Shown here: positions 1 to 10,096 of the stretch, piece by piece
How the letters are laid out: each line of letters starts with the position of its first letter
Numbering within the stretch: the first letter of the stretch is position 1
Source: an uncultured Planctomycetota bacterium
GTDB lineage: Bacteria > Planctomycetota > Planctomycetia > Isosphaerales > Isosphaeraceae
Length of the DNA stretch: 64,000 nt
NCBI GenBank assembly: GCA_963845755.1
Contig: CAWJTV010000011.1
Span: 928,001-992,000 of the forward strand
Reading direction: 5' to 3'
Notes under the pieces: model-generated
What the model was told of the DNA's origin: nothing
The model's database searches: none
The model's input: only the letters and a program-made list of their open reading frames with translations
Position numbers and translations under genes: made by a program

Positions 1-988
1 ACCGGGACCGGTCTCCAGTCCGGTTTCTCGGCCGGGGTCGCCGATTCACTCGCCGGTGGCAGCTCGACAGCCGATCCCAGAGGTCCAGCAAAGCACGTGG
101 GGAGGTTCGGCTGTGGATCGACGTCGGATACCTGACGCTTCATCCGCAGCAGGACGGCCGTCTTGGTCTCCCTCCAAGCCGGCTCGTGGACCCCCGGCCC
201 GTGGTCGGGTTGGCGCACCTGAATACGACCGCCATCGATCATGACGGCGGCCAACTCGATCGGCGGATTCGCGGCCGTCGTCGGCGTCATCAACGGGCGA
301 TCTTTATAGGCCGTCGTCCGCTCGGTTTGCTCATCGACTCCGATGCCTCCCTGTTCCTGGCAGAGCGTCTGGAGGTGGCGGGGTGAGATCTTCAGTTCCG
401 CAGCGATGCCGGCCAATTTCGCGGCCTCGGCGAACGAGCGGGCGGCGATGGCCATCGCGACCAGGATTGCCCGCATCGTCGGGCTATAGCCGCGGTGATC
501 CAAGCCCTGGCGCGGTCTATTGGGGGAAAAAGACCCGCCGGCATCGCGGGCAAGAGTGCCGTGCCTCTTTGAGGGAGATCGGCCCGTCGCGGGTCTCCAG
601 CGGTCGCTCTTGGATGGTTCCGGCGCAAGCCTGGCCGCAACCGGGACAGGGTTGCTCGTGCTCGGCGGACTCGGCGCATTGAGACGCGGTTTGCTCGCAG
701 AGCAGGCGTGCCACCTTGCGACCGGCTTCGTGAGCGCGTTGCTCGATGGTGGCGAAGTCGAGCCCCGCACCCGTCTGATCAACCGCGAAGAATTCTTCCT
801 TGACCATCCCGAGAAGTCGCTGAAGACGGGCATCCTGGGCCGAATCGGTAGGCGAGCCGCGAAACATGACGATCCTCCATGATCAAGCTATCTTGCCCCA
901 ACGTCCTTCCACCCTATCAAAATTCGTCGAGTTCTCCTATTGACGTTTGGCTACACCCGGATGTGGCGACATTAGCGTTCCTGCTCCC
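1..988 (-). mobile_element. ISKra4/ISLre2-like (IS256-related) insertion sequence, copy 1, cut by the window edge
   Basis: Nearly identical to about 31685-32673. Ends in CATTAGCGTTCCTGCTCCC (970-988), the same terminal repeat as copy 2, after which the flanks diverge. Confidence 0.9.
517..867 (-). CDS. Transposase N-terminal ORF (orfA) with Zn-finger Cys pairs
   Basis: 116 aa with CPGCG and CPRC motifs, ending RRVFFPQ at a TTTTTCCCCC run. The catalytic part continues in another frame toward the window start. Confidence 0.75.
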   Translation of the reverse strand: MFRGSPTDSAQDARLQRLLGMVKEEFFAVDQTGAGLDFATIEQRAHEAGRKVARLLCEQTASQCAESAEHEQPCPGCGQACAGTIQERPLETRDGPISLKEARHSCPRCRRVFFPQ

Positions 989-1242
989 CTTACACTCTGT
1001 GTATCGTTTCTCGCCTTGCCTCGCTTGACCTCTCCGGGTATGGTCTCGGTCGTGTCCGGCTCCCGCGACGATTCGGGCGACCCGCTTTTGGCGCAACCCG
1101 TGCCCATCCACCTTCGGATCGACCTCAAAACCCCGCCACGAATCCCTGCGATCGGCGAACTCGCCAGAGCCGTGCCGGGCCGGTATCGCGGTTCGACTGC
1201 GCCGAGGTTGAGAACTCAACCCGAGGAGAGGAAGATCAGGGC

Positions 1243-3513
1243 ATGGGGCATCAGGAGAGGAACGCGACCCTCGGTGGTCGAGTCCGACGGGTGGCCGCAT
1301 GGCTGGCGATCGGACTGATGACGGTCGTGCCGTGCCGGTCGCTGGGCGAAGAGCCCTCGGCCCAGGACTGGGTCGGTAAGCGAGTCGTGCAGAAGTACAA
1401 CAACTTCCCCCTGCGCAACGACGGCCAACCCGTGGCGGGGAGCGGTGAGCGGTTCGTGATCTACCGCGTGGAGCGGGTTGAGGGCGGACGGCTCTGGCTC
1501 GAGGCCGAGGGGCAAGGCCTGCGCGGCTGGGCTGCGGTCGGACAGATGATCCCGGTCGACCAGGCCATCGCCTTCTTCACCGATCGAATCCGTACGCGCC
1601 CGGATGATCCGTTCCTGCGTTCGATGCGACTCGGGCTGTCGATGGATCAGTGCGCGCACGCCTGTGCCGTGGCGGATTGCACCAAGATGGTTTGCGCGGG
1701 GATCGCCGAGTTGAGCCGGAAGGCCCGGCTGGCGGCGCGGGAGGCGGCCGTGGCCGGAGTGCCCATCGAGTCCGACGGTCGTGAGCTTTCCCTCGAGGAT
1801 TGGCTCGGCCAGAAGGTTGTCCCGAAACATCGGGACTTCCGGCTTCCGAATGGACAGGGCGACCCCTTTCACGATAAGAAGCTCCTGTCTCACTACGTGC
1901 TGGACGTGAACGGCCTTTCACTGACGATCATGACTTCCCAGGGCGACGCCTGGGTCCCGGCCGATCAGGTCGTACCGCTCGACAAGGCGGTCGCGTTCTT
2001 CAGCGACACCATCAAGGCCAATCCCCGGGATCCGTTCCCTTACTTCATGCGCGCCAAGGTCCTGCTGGATGTGTCGAACGATCCGGACAAGGCCCTGGCG
2101 GACCTGAACGAGTCCATCCGCCTCGATCCGAAGAATGCGGCGAGCTACCGCAATCGCGCCGACGCCTGGTCGGAGAAGGGGGATCCGGACAAGGCCATCA
2201 CCGACGACTCGGAAGCCATCCGGCTCGATCCGAAGGATGCCGGCTCTTACCAGCATCGAAGCGAAATGTGGGGGGCCAAGAAGGATTACGACAAGGCCCT
2301 CGCCGACGTCAACGAGGCCATCCGGCTCGATCCCCGCGATGACGACGCATTCGCCCTGCGCGGCGATATCTGGCTGTCCAAGGAAGCCTACGATCAAGCG
2401 ATCGCCGATTACACGGAAGCCATTCGGGTCTATCGCCGCCGTCATGAGGTTTTGGCGGGTCGTCCCGCGTCCCAGTACGGAAATCCGAAGTCGGATCGGG
2501 CCGGCGACGATCCGGCGCACCTCGCTTTCTCACCGGCCGCGCCCACGCCATTGCCATCTGTTCTGGCAGACCTCGATCCCGATCGCTTCCTGGATCACGG
2601 GCGCGAGCTGGCCCTGGCCTACGTGGCGCGCGGGAGAGACTGGTCGGACCAGGAGGAATACGACCGGGCGATCGCCGACTACACCGAGGCCATCCGGATC
2701 GTTCCTCCGCTCGCCGAAGCCTACCTGAGTCGTGGCATGGCCTGGACGAAGAAGGAAGCGTACGACCAGGCGATCGCCGACCTCGACAAAGCCATCGAGC
2801 TCGACCCCCGGAACGCGGGTGCCCACGGTGTTCGCGGCGTCGTCTGGGGCGAGCGGAAGCAGTACGACAAGGCCCTCGCCGATTGCAATGAGGCGATCCG
2901 ACTCGATCCCAAAGACGGGGACGTCTACGTGTCCCGAGGCTGGGTTTGGAGATGTCAGCAGAAGTATGACAAGGCGATCGCCGATTTCAGCGAGGCCATC
3001 CGTTGCGAACCGCGGGAGGCGCGATTCTACAGCACGCGCGGCTGGGCCTGGTATGAGCGGAAGGCGTACAACCAGGCCCTCGCCGACTACGATGAGGCCA
3101 TCCGGCTCGATCCTGGCGATGCGTCCGGTTATGGAGGGCGCGGCTACGTTCTCTCGAAGAAGCGAGAGTATGGTACGGCTCTCGCCGACTTCGACCGGGC
3201 GATTCGCCTCGATCCGCGATGCGTGGGAGCCCACGCCGGCCGCGCCTGGATCCGGGCGACCGCTCGCGATGCGAAATACCGCGACGGCCCGAGCGCCAGA
3301 GAGTCGGCTTCCCAGGCGTGCGCGCTGTCGAAGGAGAAGAACGCCTACGCCCTCGATGCGATGGCCGCGGCCTGCGCCGAGGTGGGCGATTTCGACGCGG
3401 CGATAATCTGGGAGATCCGGGCGATCGAGCGCCAGAATGACGAGGAAGACCAGGCGGAATCCCGCTCGCGGCTGAAGCTCTACCGGGAACGGAAACCCTA
3501 CCGAGCCGAGTAG
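1243..3513 (+). CDS. Secreted TPR protein, paralog 1 (two SH3-like N-terminal modules)
   Basis: Signal-like N-terminus, DWVGKRVVQKY...YRVERVEGGRLWL module, many xDKAIADxxEAIRLDP repeats and a C-terminal cap ending RLKLYRERKPYR. Confidence 0.9.
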   Translation: MGHQERNATLGGRVRRVAAWLAIGLMTVVPCRSLGEEPSAQDWVGKRVVQKYNNFPLRNDGQPVAGSGERFVIYRVERVEGGRLWLEAEGQGLRGWAAVGQMIPVDQAIAFFTDRIRTRPDDPFLRSMRLGLSMDQCAHACAVADCTKMVCAGIAELSRKARLAAREAAVAGVPIESDGRELSLEDWLGQKVVPKHRDFRLPNGQGDPFHDKKLLSHYVLDVNGLSLTIMTSQGDAWVPADQVVPLDKAVAFFSDTIKANPRDPFPYFMRAKVLLDVSNDPDKALADLNESIRLDPKNAASYRNRADAWSEKGDPDKAITDDSEAIRLDPKDAGSYQHRSEMWGAKKDYDKALADVNEAIRLDPRDDDAFALRGDIWLSKEAYDQAIADYTEAIRVYRRRHEVLAGRPASQYGNPKSDRAGDDPAHLAFSPAAPTPLPSVLADLDPDRFLDHGRELALAYVARGRDWSDQEEYDRAIADYTEAIRIVPPLAEAYLSRGMAWTKKEAYDQAIADLDKAIELDPRNAGAHGVRGVVWGERKQYDKALADCNEAIRLDPKDGDVYVSRGWVWRCQQKYDKAIADFSEAIRCEPREARFYSTRGWAWYERKAYNQALADYDEAIRLDPGDASGYGGRGYVLSKKREYGTALADFDRAIRLDPRCVGAHAGRAWIRATARDAKYRDGPSARESASQACALSKEKNAYALDAMAAACAEVGDFDAAIIWEIRAIERQNDEEDQAESRSRLKLYRERKPYRAE

Positions 3514-3569
3514 GTCAGGCTTTCCTGCCTGACGGATTTGATGATGTCAGGCGGGAAAGCCTGACCAAC
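3510..3569. repeat. GTAG-type REP doublet (REPIN-like)
   Basis: GTAGGTCAGGCTTTCCTGCCTGAC ... GTCAGGCGGGAAAGCCTGACC inverted pair. Related copy at 29856-29920. Confidence 0.75.
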
Positions 3570-3586
3570 GAATGGAGGATCGGGGA

Positions 3587-5160
3587 ATGAGGCATGGAGT
3601 GAAACACGCGACGATGGGCGAAACGGTCCGGCTGACCGCGTGGGTGCTGGTGTTTGGGCTGTCTATCGCCTTACCGGTGCGCTCGCTGGGCCAGCAGCCG
3701 GCCGGCCCGGAGGGAGGCGGCCTGCGCGTGGTGCCGAAGCATCGGACCCTCACTCTTCAGAACGGCGGCGGCGCGCCGCCGCGCGGTGAAGCCCGATGTC
3801 TTCCGCGTCGCTCAGTCCAAGGGCGGCTGGCTCTTGCTCCGGCCCGACGAGGGCCCCGCCGGCTGGGTTGCGGCCGATCAGGTCGTCGCCCTCGATCAAG
3901 CCGTCGCGTTCTTCAGCAGCGCGATCAGCAAGGACCCGCACGATCCCCACAACTTCGCGATGCGCGCCCTGGCGCTGCTGGTCGAACGGGAGGATCCGGA
4001 ACACGCCCTCGCCGACTGTAACGAGGCGATCCGGCTGGATGACAAGGACCCGATCGCCCACCGCATCCGCGGCGCGATCCACTCGGCCACCCAGAACTAC
4101 GACAAGGCGATGGGCGATTTCGACGAGGTCATCCGGCTCAGGCCGAAGGACGGGGCCTCGTATCACGACCGCGGGACCACCCGGATGTTCCAGCAGGACT
4201 ACGACCGGGCCATCGCCGACTTCAACCAGGCCATCCAGCTCAATCCCAAGGACGCGGCGAGCCATATCTCCCGCGCCGCGGCCTGGCTGGAGAAGAACCA
4301 GCAAGACCAGGCCATCGCCGATTGCAACGAGGCCATCCGGCTCGATCCCGCGAACGCCGATGCTTACCTGCTGCGCGCCTCGATCCATGGCCAGAAGCGG
4401 GAGTTCGACCAGGCCATCGCCGACTTCACGCGGATCATCAAGATGAATCCCCAGGCGTTCCTGGCGTACGAGGCGCGGGACGAGTTGGCGGAACAAGAAA
4501 GAGTACGCCCGGGCGATCGCCGATCTCAACGAGGCGATCCGCCTCAATCCGAACTACCCCGGCGCCTACGTCGAGCGCGGACTCACCTGGCGGGATCAGC
4601 GCGAATACGACAAGGCCATCGCCGATCTCGGGCAGGCCATTCGCATCGATCCCGAGAGCCCCGAGCTCTATGCCCTCCGCGGCGACACCTGGGTCGAGAA
4701 GAAGGGGTTCGACCAGGCCATCGCCGATTTCGGCCGGGTCATCCAGCTCGAGCCCAAGAACGCGTTCGCCTATTGCAGCCGCGGCCTGGCCCACGCCCGG
4801 AAACAGCAATACGACCAGGCGATCGCCGACCTCGACAAAGCCATCCAGCTCGATCCCAAGAACTCGGATGCCCTCAACGGCCGCGCCTGGTTCCGCGCGA
4901 CCTGTCCGGTCGCCAGCTATCGCGATGGGGCCCAGGCCATCGCCTCGGCCACCCAAGCGTGCGAGGTCGCCGGCTGGAAAGAGCCCGGACTGATCGACAC
5001 CCTCGCCGCCGCCTACGCCGAGGCCGGCGACTTCGGCTCCGCCCTGAAATGGCAGGCCAAGGCGATGACGCTGGAAACCGATGCCCACGAGAAGGCCGAA
5101 TACGGCGCGCGGCTCCAGCTCTATCAGGCGAAGAAGCCCTATCGTGAGGAGAAACCCTAG
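3587..5160 (+). CDS. Secreted TPR protein, paralog 2 (frameshifts near 3780 and 4490)
   Basis: GGAGG before ATG 3587. Signal peptide, SH3-like module, TPR repeats and cap are spread over three frames and end at TAG 5158-5160. Confidence 0.8.
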
Positions 5161-5478
5161 AGCGCGTAACGATTGCATTGCGCACGCCCCCGGGGGCGTG
5201 CGATCGACCCGCCGCAGCCCGGGGGGACGACCTCCGACGGCGGCCCGAAGGGCCGCAGGAGCAAAGCCCCGGGTGAAACCCGGGGTCCGCGGCAGGCCAG
5301 CCCCCATCTCCGGCGGCCTGAAGGGCCGCAGGAGACTTCCGGCACCCCTTCAGGGTGCACGAGGAAGGCGCGGGGTGCACGAGTCCCAGGGTTTCACCCT
5401 GGGCTGGGGTCCCGCGGCCCGTCAGGCCGCAGAACATCGGCTGACAGCGTGTGCGCAACCCATCTGTTATGCGCTCTA
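5158..5478. mobile_element. TA-ended MITE-like element carrying palindromic REP-like units
   Basis: 28-bp terminal inverted repeats TAGAGCGCGTAACGATTGCATTGCGCAC / GTGCGCAACCCATCTGTTATGCGCTCTA (22/28 by eye). Internal hairpins include CCCAGGGTTTCACCCTGGG. Confidence 0.7.
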
Positions 5479-5572
5479 ATGCGGCGCTGACCTGGAGGCG
5501 CTCAACGGTTGGATTTCCAAACAGCGCGAGAAGCGGCAAGGACGACGTCCGTACCACAAGGAGGATCGGGCT

Positions 5573-7639
5573 ATGCGGGGTTGGTGGAAGCTTGCGGCGA
5601 GTGGCGGCACTCGGCTCCGGGTCTGGAAGGCCGTCGTATTCCTGGGCCTGGCGATGGCCATGGCGGGCGTCTCGGGCGGCGAGGAGCCGTCGGCAAAAGA
5701 CTGGGTCGGCAGGCGGGTCGTGCAGAAGTACAACAACTTCCCCCTGCGCCACGACGGCCAGGCCGTGCCGGGGAGCGGAGAGCGGTTCGTGATCTTCCTC
5801 GTGGAGCGGGTCGAGGACGGACGGCTCTGGCTCAAGGCCGAGGGGGAAGGCCTGCGCGGCTGCGCCGCGGTCGGACAGGTCATCCCGGTCGACCAGGCCA
5901 TGGCCTACTTCGACGCGCGCATTCACGCCCATCCGGACGACACGTTCCCCCATTTCATGCGCGCCGGCCTGTGGATGGATCGGAACGAGATCGACCGCGC
6001 CGTGGAGGACTGCACCGAGATCGTCCGCCTCAACCCCGAGCCCCGTTCGTTCGTGGATCGCGGCAATCTCTGGCTGCGCATGCACAACGCCGACAAGGCG
6101 ATCGCCGACTTCGACCAGGCCATTCGCCTGGATCCTCGGGCCACCCCGGCGTTCACCGGGCGCGGTGAGGCTCACCTGCTGAAGAAGGAGTACGATCAGG
6201 CGATCGCCGACCACAGCGAGGCCATCCGGCTCGATCCCGACGACGTCGTGGCCCGCTTCAGTCGCGGACAGACCCAGGCGGAGAAGGGCGACTACGACCA
6301 GGCCATCGCCGACTTCACCGAGGCCCTGAAGCGCGATCGGGAATTCCTCGCGGCGCTCAACGGCCGGGGGCTCGCCTGGCACAAGAAGGCGGAGTACGAC
6401 AAGGCGATCGCCGACTACAACGAGGCCCTCCGCATCGATCCGAAGAACGCCACGATCTATTACAACCGCGGGCTCTCCTGGCAGTTCAAGAATGAGTTCA
6501 TCAAGGCGGTCAACGATTACAATCAGGCCGTTCGCCTCGACCCGCGCTACGCCGCGGCCTCCCGGTTCGGGCGTCCCACCTCGGGCCTGGCCGGGCTCGT
6601 CGGCGCGATCCAGGTTGGTCCGCCGTTCGCACCGGGGGGCGCGGGTGTCGTCGATCCGGACGTGCTCAAGGCGGGCGGTGACGACCCCTTCGGCAACTTC
6701 ACCCGGGACCTCGAGCGCGACCTGGCCTACGCCGACCTGTGCATGCGACGCGGCTACGAATGGGGGAGCGAGAAGGCGTACGACAAGGCGATCGCCGATT
6801 TCACCGAGGCCATCCGATTCAACCCGCACCTGACCGGTGCCTACATCGGCCGCGGCCACGCCTACCGCGAGAAGAAGGCGTTCGAGAAGGCCATCGCCGA
6901 TTACGACCAGGCGCTAAAGGAAGATCCGCAGGCCGGGGTCGCAGTCATGGGCCGCGCCCTGGCCCGGGAAGGTCTGGGACAGATCGACCAGTCGTTCGCC
7001 GACCTCAACCAGGCCGTCAAGCTCGACGCGCAGTCCCCGGTCGCCCATGCCGGCCGCGCCTACGGGTGGCTGCGGAAGAAGGACTACGACAAGGCCATCG
7101 CCGATTTCGACGAGGCCTTGCGCCTCGATCCCCAGATGCTCAGCGCCTACGTCGGCCGCGGTCATGCCCGGTTGGAGAAGAAGGCGTTCGACCAGGCGAT
7201 CGCCGACTACACCGAGGCCGTCCGGATCAATCCCGAGATCGTGGAGACCTACCTCGGCCGCGCCCGGGCCTGGTCCGAGAAGAAGGAATACGACAAGACG
7301 ATCGCCGACTACGCCGAGGCGATCCGGCTCGACCCGCAACTGGCGTGGGCCTACAACAACCGCGCCTGGCTCTGGGCGACGTGCCCCGAGGCCAAGGCCC
7401 GCGACGGCAAGAAGTCCATCGAATCGGCGACCAAGGCGTGCGAGCTGTCCGACTGGAAGGAGCCCGGCATGATCGACACTCTCGCCGCGGCGTATGCCGA
7501 GACGGGCGACTTCGAGGCGGCCGTGAAGTGGCAGACCAAGGCCAACGGGCTCTTCGCCGACGGTAAGGATAAGACCGACGGCGAGGCGCGGCTAAAGCTC
7601 TACCAGGAGAAGAAGCCGTATCGCGAGACGGCGCCGTGA
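5573..7639 (+). CDS. Secreted TPR protein, paralog 3
   Basis: AAGGAGG ribosome site, N-terminal module almost identical to paralog 1, TPR repeats and cap [15 protein letters not shown]...KKPYRE. Confidence 0.9.
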   Translation: MRGWWKLAASGGTRLRVWKAVVFLGLAMAMAGVSGGEEPSAKDWVGRRVVQKYNNFPLRHDGQAVPGSGERFVIFLVERVEDGRLWLKAEGEGLRGCAAVGQVIPVDQAMAYFDARIHAHPDDTFPHFMRAGLWMDRNEIDRAVEDCTEIVRLNPEPRSFVDRGNLWLRMHNADKAIADFDQAIRLDPRATPAFTGRGEAHLLKKEYDQAIADHSEAIRLDPDDVVARFSRGQTQAEKGDYDQAIADFTEALKRDREFLAALNGRGLAWHKKAEYDKAIADYNEALRIDPKNATIYYNRGLSWQFKNEFIKAVNDYNQAVRLDPRYAAASRFGRPTSGLAGLVGAIQVGPPFAPGGAGVVDPDVLKAGGDDPFGNFTRDLERDLAYADLCMRRGYEWGSEKAYDKAIADFTEAIRFNPHLTGAYIGRGHAYREKKAFEKAIADYDQALKEDPQAGVAVMGRALAREGLGQIDQSFADLNQAVKLDAQSPVAHAGRAYGWLRKKDYDKAIADFDEALRLDPQMLSAYVGRGHARLEKKAFDQAIADYTEAVRINPEIVETYLGRARAWSEKKEYDKTIADYAEAIRLDPQLAWAYNNRAWLWATCPEAKARDGKKSIESATKACELSDWKEPGMIDTLAAAYAETGDFEAAVKWQTKANGLFADGKDKTDGEARLKLYQEKKPYRETAP

Positions 7640-7669
7640 CGAAGCCAGCTCGGCAAGGAGGATCGGGCG

Positions 7670-10066
7670 ATGCGAGGCTCGAGAGCGATCGCGGCGGCGT
7701 GCGGCGGGACGAGAGCGCCGAACACTCGCATTGCGCATGCCGCCGATTCGGATGGAGGGACCCCCTCATCCGCCCTTCTGGCACCTTCTCCCCGAGGGGG
7801 AGAAGGGGACGCGATCCGTCGCCCTCGCCCCCACGGAGAGAGGGTCGGGGTGAGGGGGCGTGTGCGCAATCCAACCGTGAAGCGATCTGGATCGCCTCAC
7901 ACTGGGGTTGGACACACGCGAAACCCTCTCCCGAAGAACCCCCCGGAACCCCCCCTGCGTAAGGGGGGGACAATTGAGGCGGGAGTGGTCCCTTTCCTGT
8001 CCCCCCCTTACGAAGGGGGGGTTCCGGGGGGTGGATTCGCGCCCCCACAGGGTGTGCGCCATTCAATCGTTAAGCGATCTAATGGAATCGGACTGGTCGT
8101 CGTCGTCGGCCTGATGACGGCCTGGGCGGTCAGTGCCCGCGGTGACGAGCCCGCCGGCAAGCGAGTCGTGTCCCGCTCTGGTGCTGGCCTCGATGGAGGC
8201 TTCCTGGCCGACCTTGTCGCCGATCTTCGAGAATTCGGCTCCGATTGCTGCGTCTTCTGCGGCTGCGTCTTGCTGGAGACCGACGAATACGACAAGGCGA
8301 TCGCCGCCTTCAACGCGGCCATCCGCCTCGATCCTCAGAACGCCGAGGCCTACACTGATCGCGGCTTTGCATGGTTTCAGAAGAACGAGCTGGACAAAGC
8401 GATTGCCGATCTGAATGAGGCCATCCGCCTCGATCCCCAGGTGGACGGAGCACACGCGAATCGCGCCGTCATCTGGTCGGTGAAGAAGGAGTATGACAAG
8501 GCCATCGCGGACTACTCGGAGGCCATCCGACGGGATCCGCGCGACGCTGCCGCCTATGCCGGTCGGGGAAGCGCATGGGGGAACAAAGGTCAGTACAACC
8601 GAGCCATCACTGATTACAAGGAGGCGATTCGGATCGATCCGCACCTCGCCACGGCCTACATCGGTCGTGGTGCCGCCTGGACGCGGAAGCTCGAGCTGGA
8701 CAAGGCCTTGATCGATCTGAATGAGGCCATCCGCCTCGATCCCCAGGACACACTCGCTTTCATCAACCGGGCCGAACTCTGGAGGGCGAAGAGTGAATTC
8801 GACCGGGCCATCGCCGATCTCACCGAGGTCATCCGGCGGGATCCCCGAGCCGCCAAGGCATATGCCGATCGCGGCTGGATCTGGAAGGCCCGCGGTGAGT
8901 ATGCCAAGGCCATCGCGGATTATTCCGAGGTCATTCGCCTCGATCCTCGAGATGCGCGGATGTTCAACAGTCGTGGGATCGCTTGGTATTTCCGGAAAGA
9001 ATACGATCGCGCGATCGCCGATTACACCGAGGCGATTCGCCTGGATCCGCGTTACGCTCAAGCCTACAACAACCGCGGGCTCGTCTGGCAAGTCAAGAAA
9101 GAATTTGACAAGGCCATCGCCGATTTCAACGAGGCGGTGGGCATCGATCCTCGGAACGCCAAAACCTTTGATAGCCGGGGCGAGGTCTGGTTTCAGAAGA
9201 ATGAGTACGACAAGGCGATCGCCGATTTCAACGAGGCGGTCAGGCTTGATCCCCGGCAGATCAGGTCTTACGGAAACCGCGCGTCAACATGGCGCAGAAA
9301 GGGAGAGTACGACAAGGCGATCGCCGACTGGAACGAAATCATCCGCATCGAACCTCAGTCCTCTGGGGCGTATAGTGATCGCGGCGCGGCTTCGATGAAC
9401 CTGGGGAAGATCGACGCGGCGATGGCCGATTTCAACGAGGCCCTGCGGATCGATCCTCGCCACAGCCTGGCCCACAGTAATCGCGGCTTGGCCTGGTGCA
9501 GCAAGGGAGAGTATGACAAGGCTATCGAGGATTGCAACAAGGCTATCCAGCTCGATCCACAATGTTCACTTGCCTACAACAACCGAGGTATTGCCTGGTG
9601 GAGCAAGAAAGAGCGTGATAAAGCCATCGCCGATTACACAACAGCCATTCAACTCGATCCTCGAGATGCCAGAACTTACTACAATCGCGGCATAAGCTGG
9701 CACGACAAGGGCGACTACGACAAGGCCGTCGCGGATTATACAGAAGCGATCCGGCTCAATCCCGGGCATGCTAATGCGCGTAGCGGCGGGGCCTGGATCT
9801 GGGCGACCTGCCCCGACCCGAAATACCGCGACGGCCAGAAGGCCGTCGCGTCGGCGACCAAGGCGTGCGAATTGACCCACTGGAAAGACGCGAATCACCT
9901 CCATACCCTCGCCGCGTCGTACGCTGAAACGGGCGACTTCGAGGCGGCCGTGAAGTGGCAGACCAAGGCCAATGGGCTGTTCGCCGAGGGTAAGGACAAG
10001 ACCGACGGCGAAGCGCGGCTCAAGCTCTACCAGGAGAAGAAGCCGTATCGCGAGACGACACCGTGA
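7670..10066 (+). CDS. TPR protein, paralog 4, with an in-frame MITE insertion in its signal peptide
   Basis: AAGGAGG before ATG 7670 as in the sister genes. ORF is open through 7711-8081, followed by a hydrophobic segment, ARG-DEPAGK, TPR repeats and cap. Confidence 0.85.
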   Translation: MRGSRAIAAACGGTRAPNTRIAHAADSDGGTPSSALLAPSPRGGEGDAIRRPRPHGERVGVRGRVRNPTVKRSGSPHTGVGHTRNPLPKNPPEPPLRKGGTIEAGVVPFLSPPYEGGVPGGGFAPPQGVRHSIVKRSNGIGLVVVVGLMTAWAVSARGDEPAGKRVVSRSGAGLDGGFLADLVADLREFGSDCCVFCGCVLLETDEYDKAIAAFNAAIRLDPQNAEAYTDRGFAWFQKNELDKAIADLNEAIRLDPQVDGAHANRAVIWSVKKEYDKAIADYSEAIRRDPRDAAAYAGRGSAWGNKGQYNRAITDYKEAIRIDPHLATAYIGRGAAWTRKLELDKALIDLNEAIRLDPQDTLAFINRAELWRAKSEFDRAIADLTEVIRRDPRAAKAYADRGWIWKARGEYAKAIADYSEVIRLDPRDARMFNSRGIAWYFRKEYDRAIADYTEAIRLDPRYAQAYNNRGLVWQVKKEFDKAIADFNEAVGIDPRNAKTFDSRGEVWFQKNEYDKAIADFNEAVRLDPRQIRSYGNRASTWRRKGEYDKAIADWNEIIRIEPQSSGAYSDRGAASMNLGKIDAAMADFNEALRIDPRHSLAHSNRGLAWCSKGEYDKAIEDCNKAIQLDPQCSLAYNNRGIAWWSKKERDKAIADYTTAIQLDPRDARTYYNRGISWHDKGDYDKAVADYTEAIRLNPGHANARSGGAWIWATCPDPKYRDGQKAVASATKACELTHWKDANHLHTLAASYAETGDFEAAVKWQTKANGLFAEGKDKTDGEARLKLYQEKKPYRETTP
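7711..8081. mobile_element. Two tandem MITE-like elements (about 7711-7889 and 7888-8081), same end family as 5158-5478
   Basis: Ends GAGAGCGCC...ATTGCGCA / GTGTGCGCAATCCAACCGTGAAGCGATCTG and TGGATCGC... / GTGTGCGCCATTCAATCGTTAAGCGATCTA, with GC-rich hairpins inside. Confidence 0.65.
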
Positions 10067-10096
10067 CACGGCCTGCACGACAAGGAGGATCGACCG

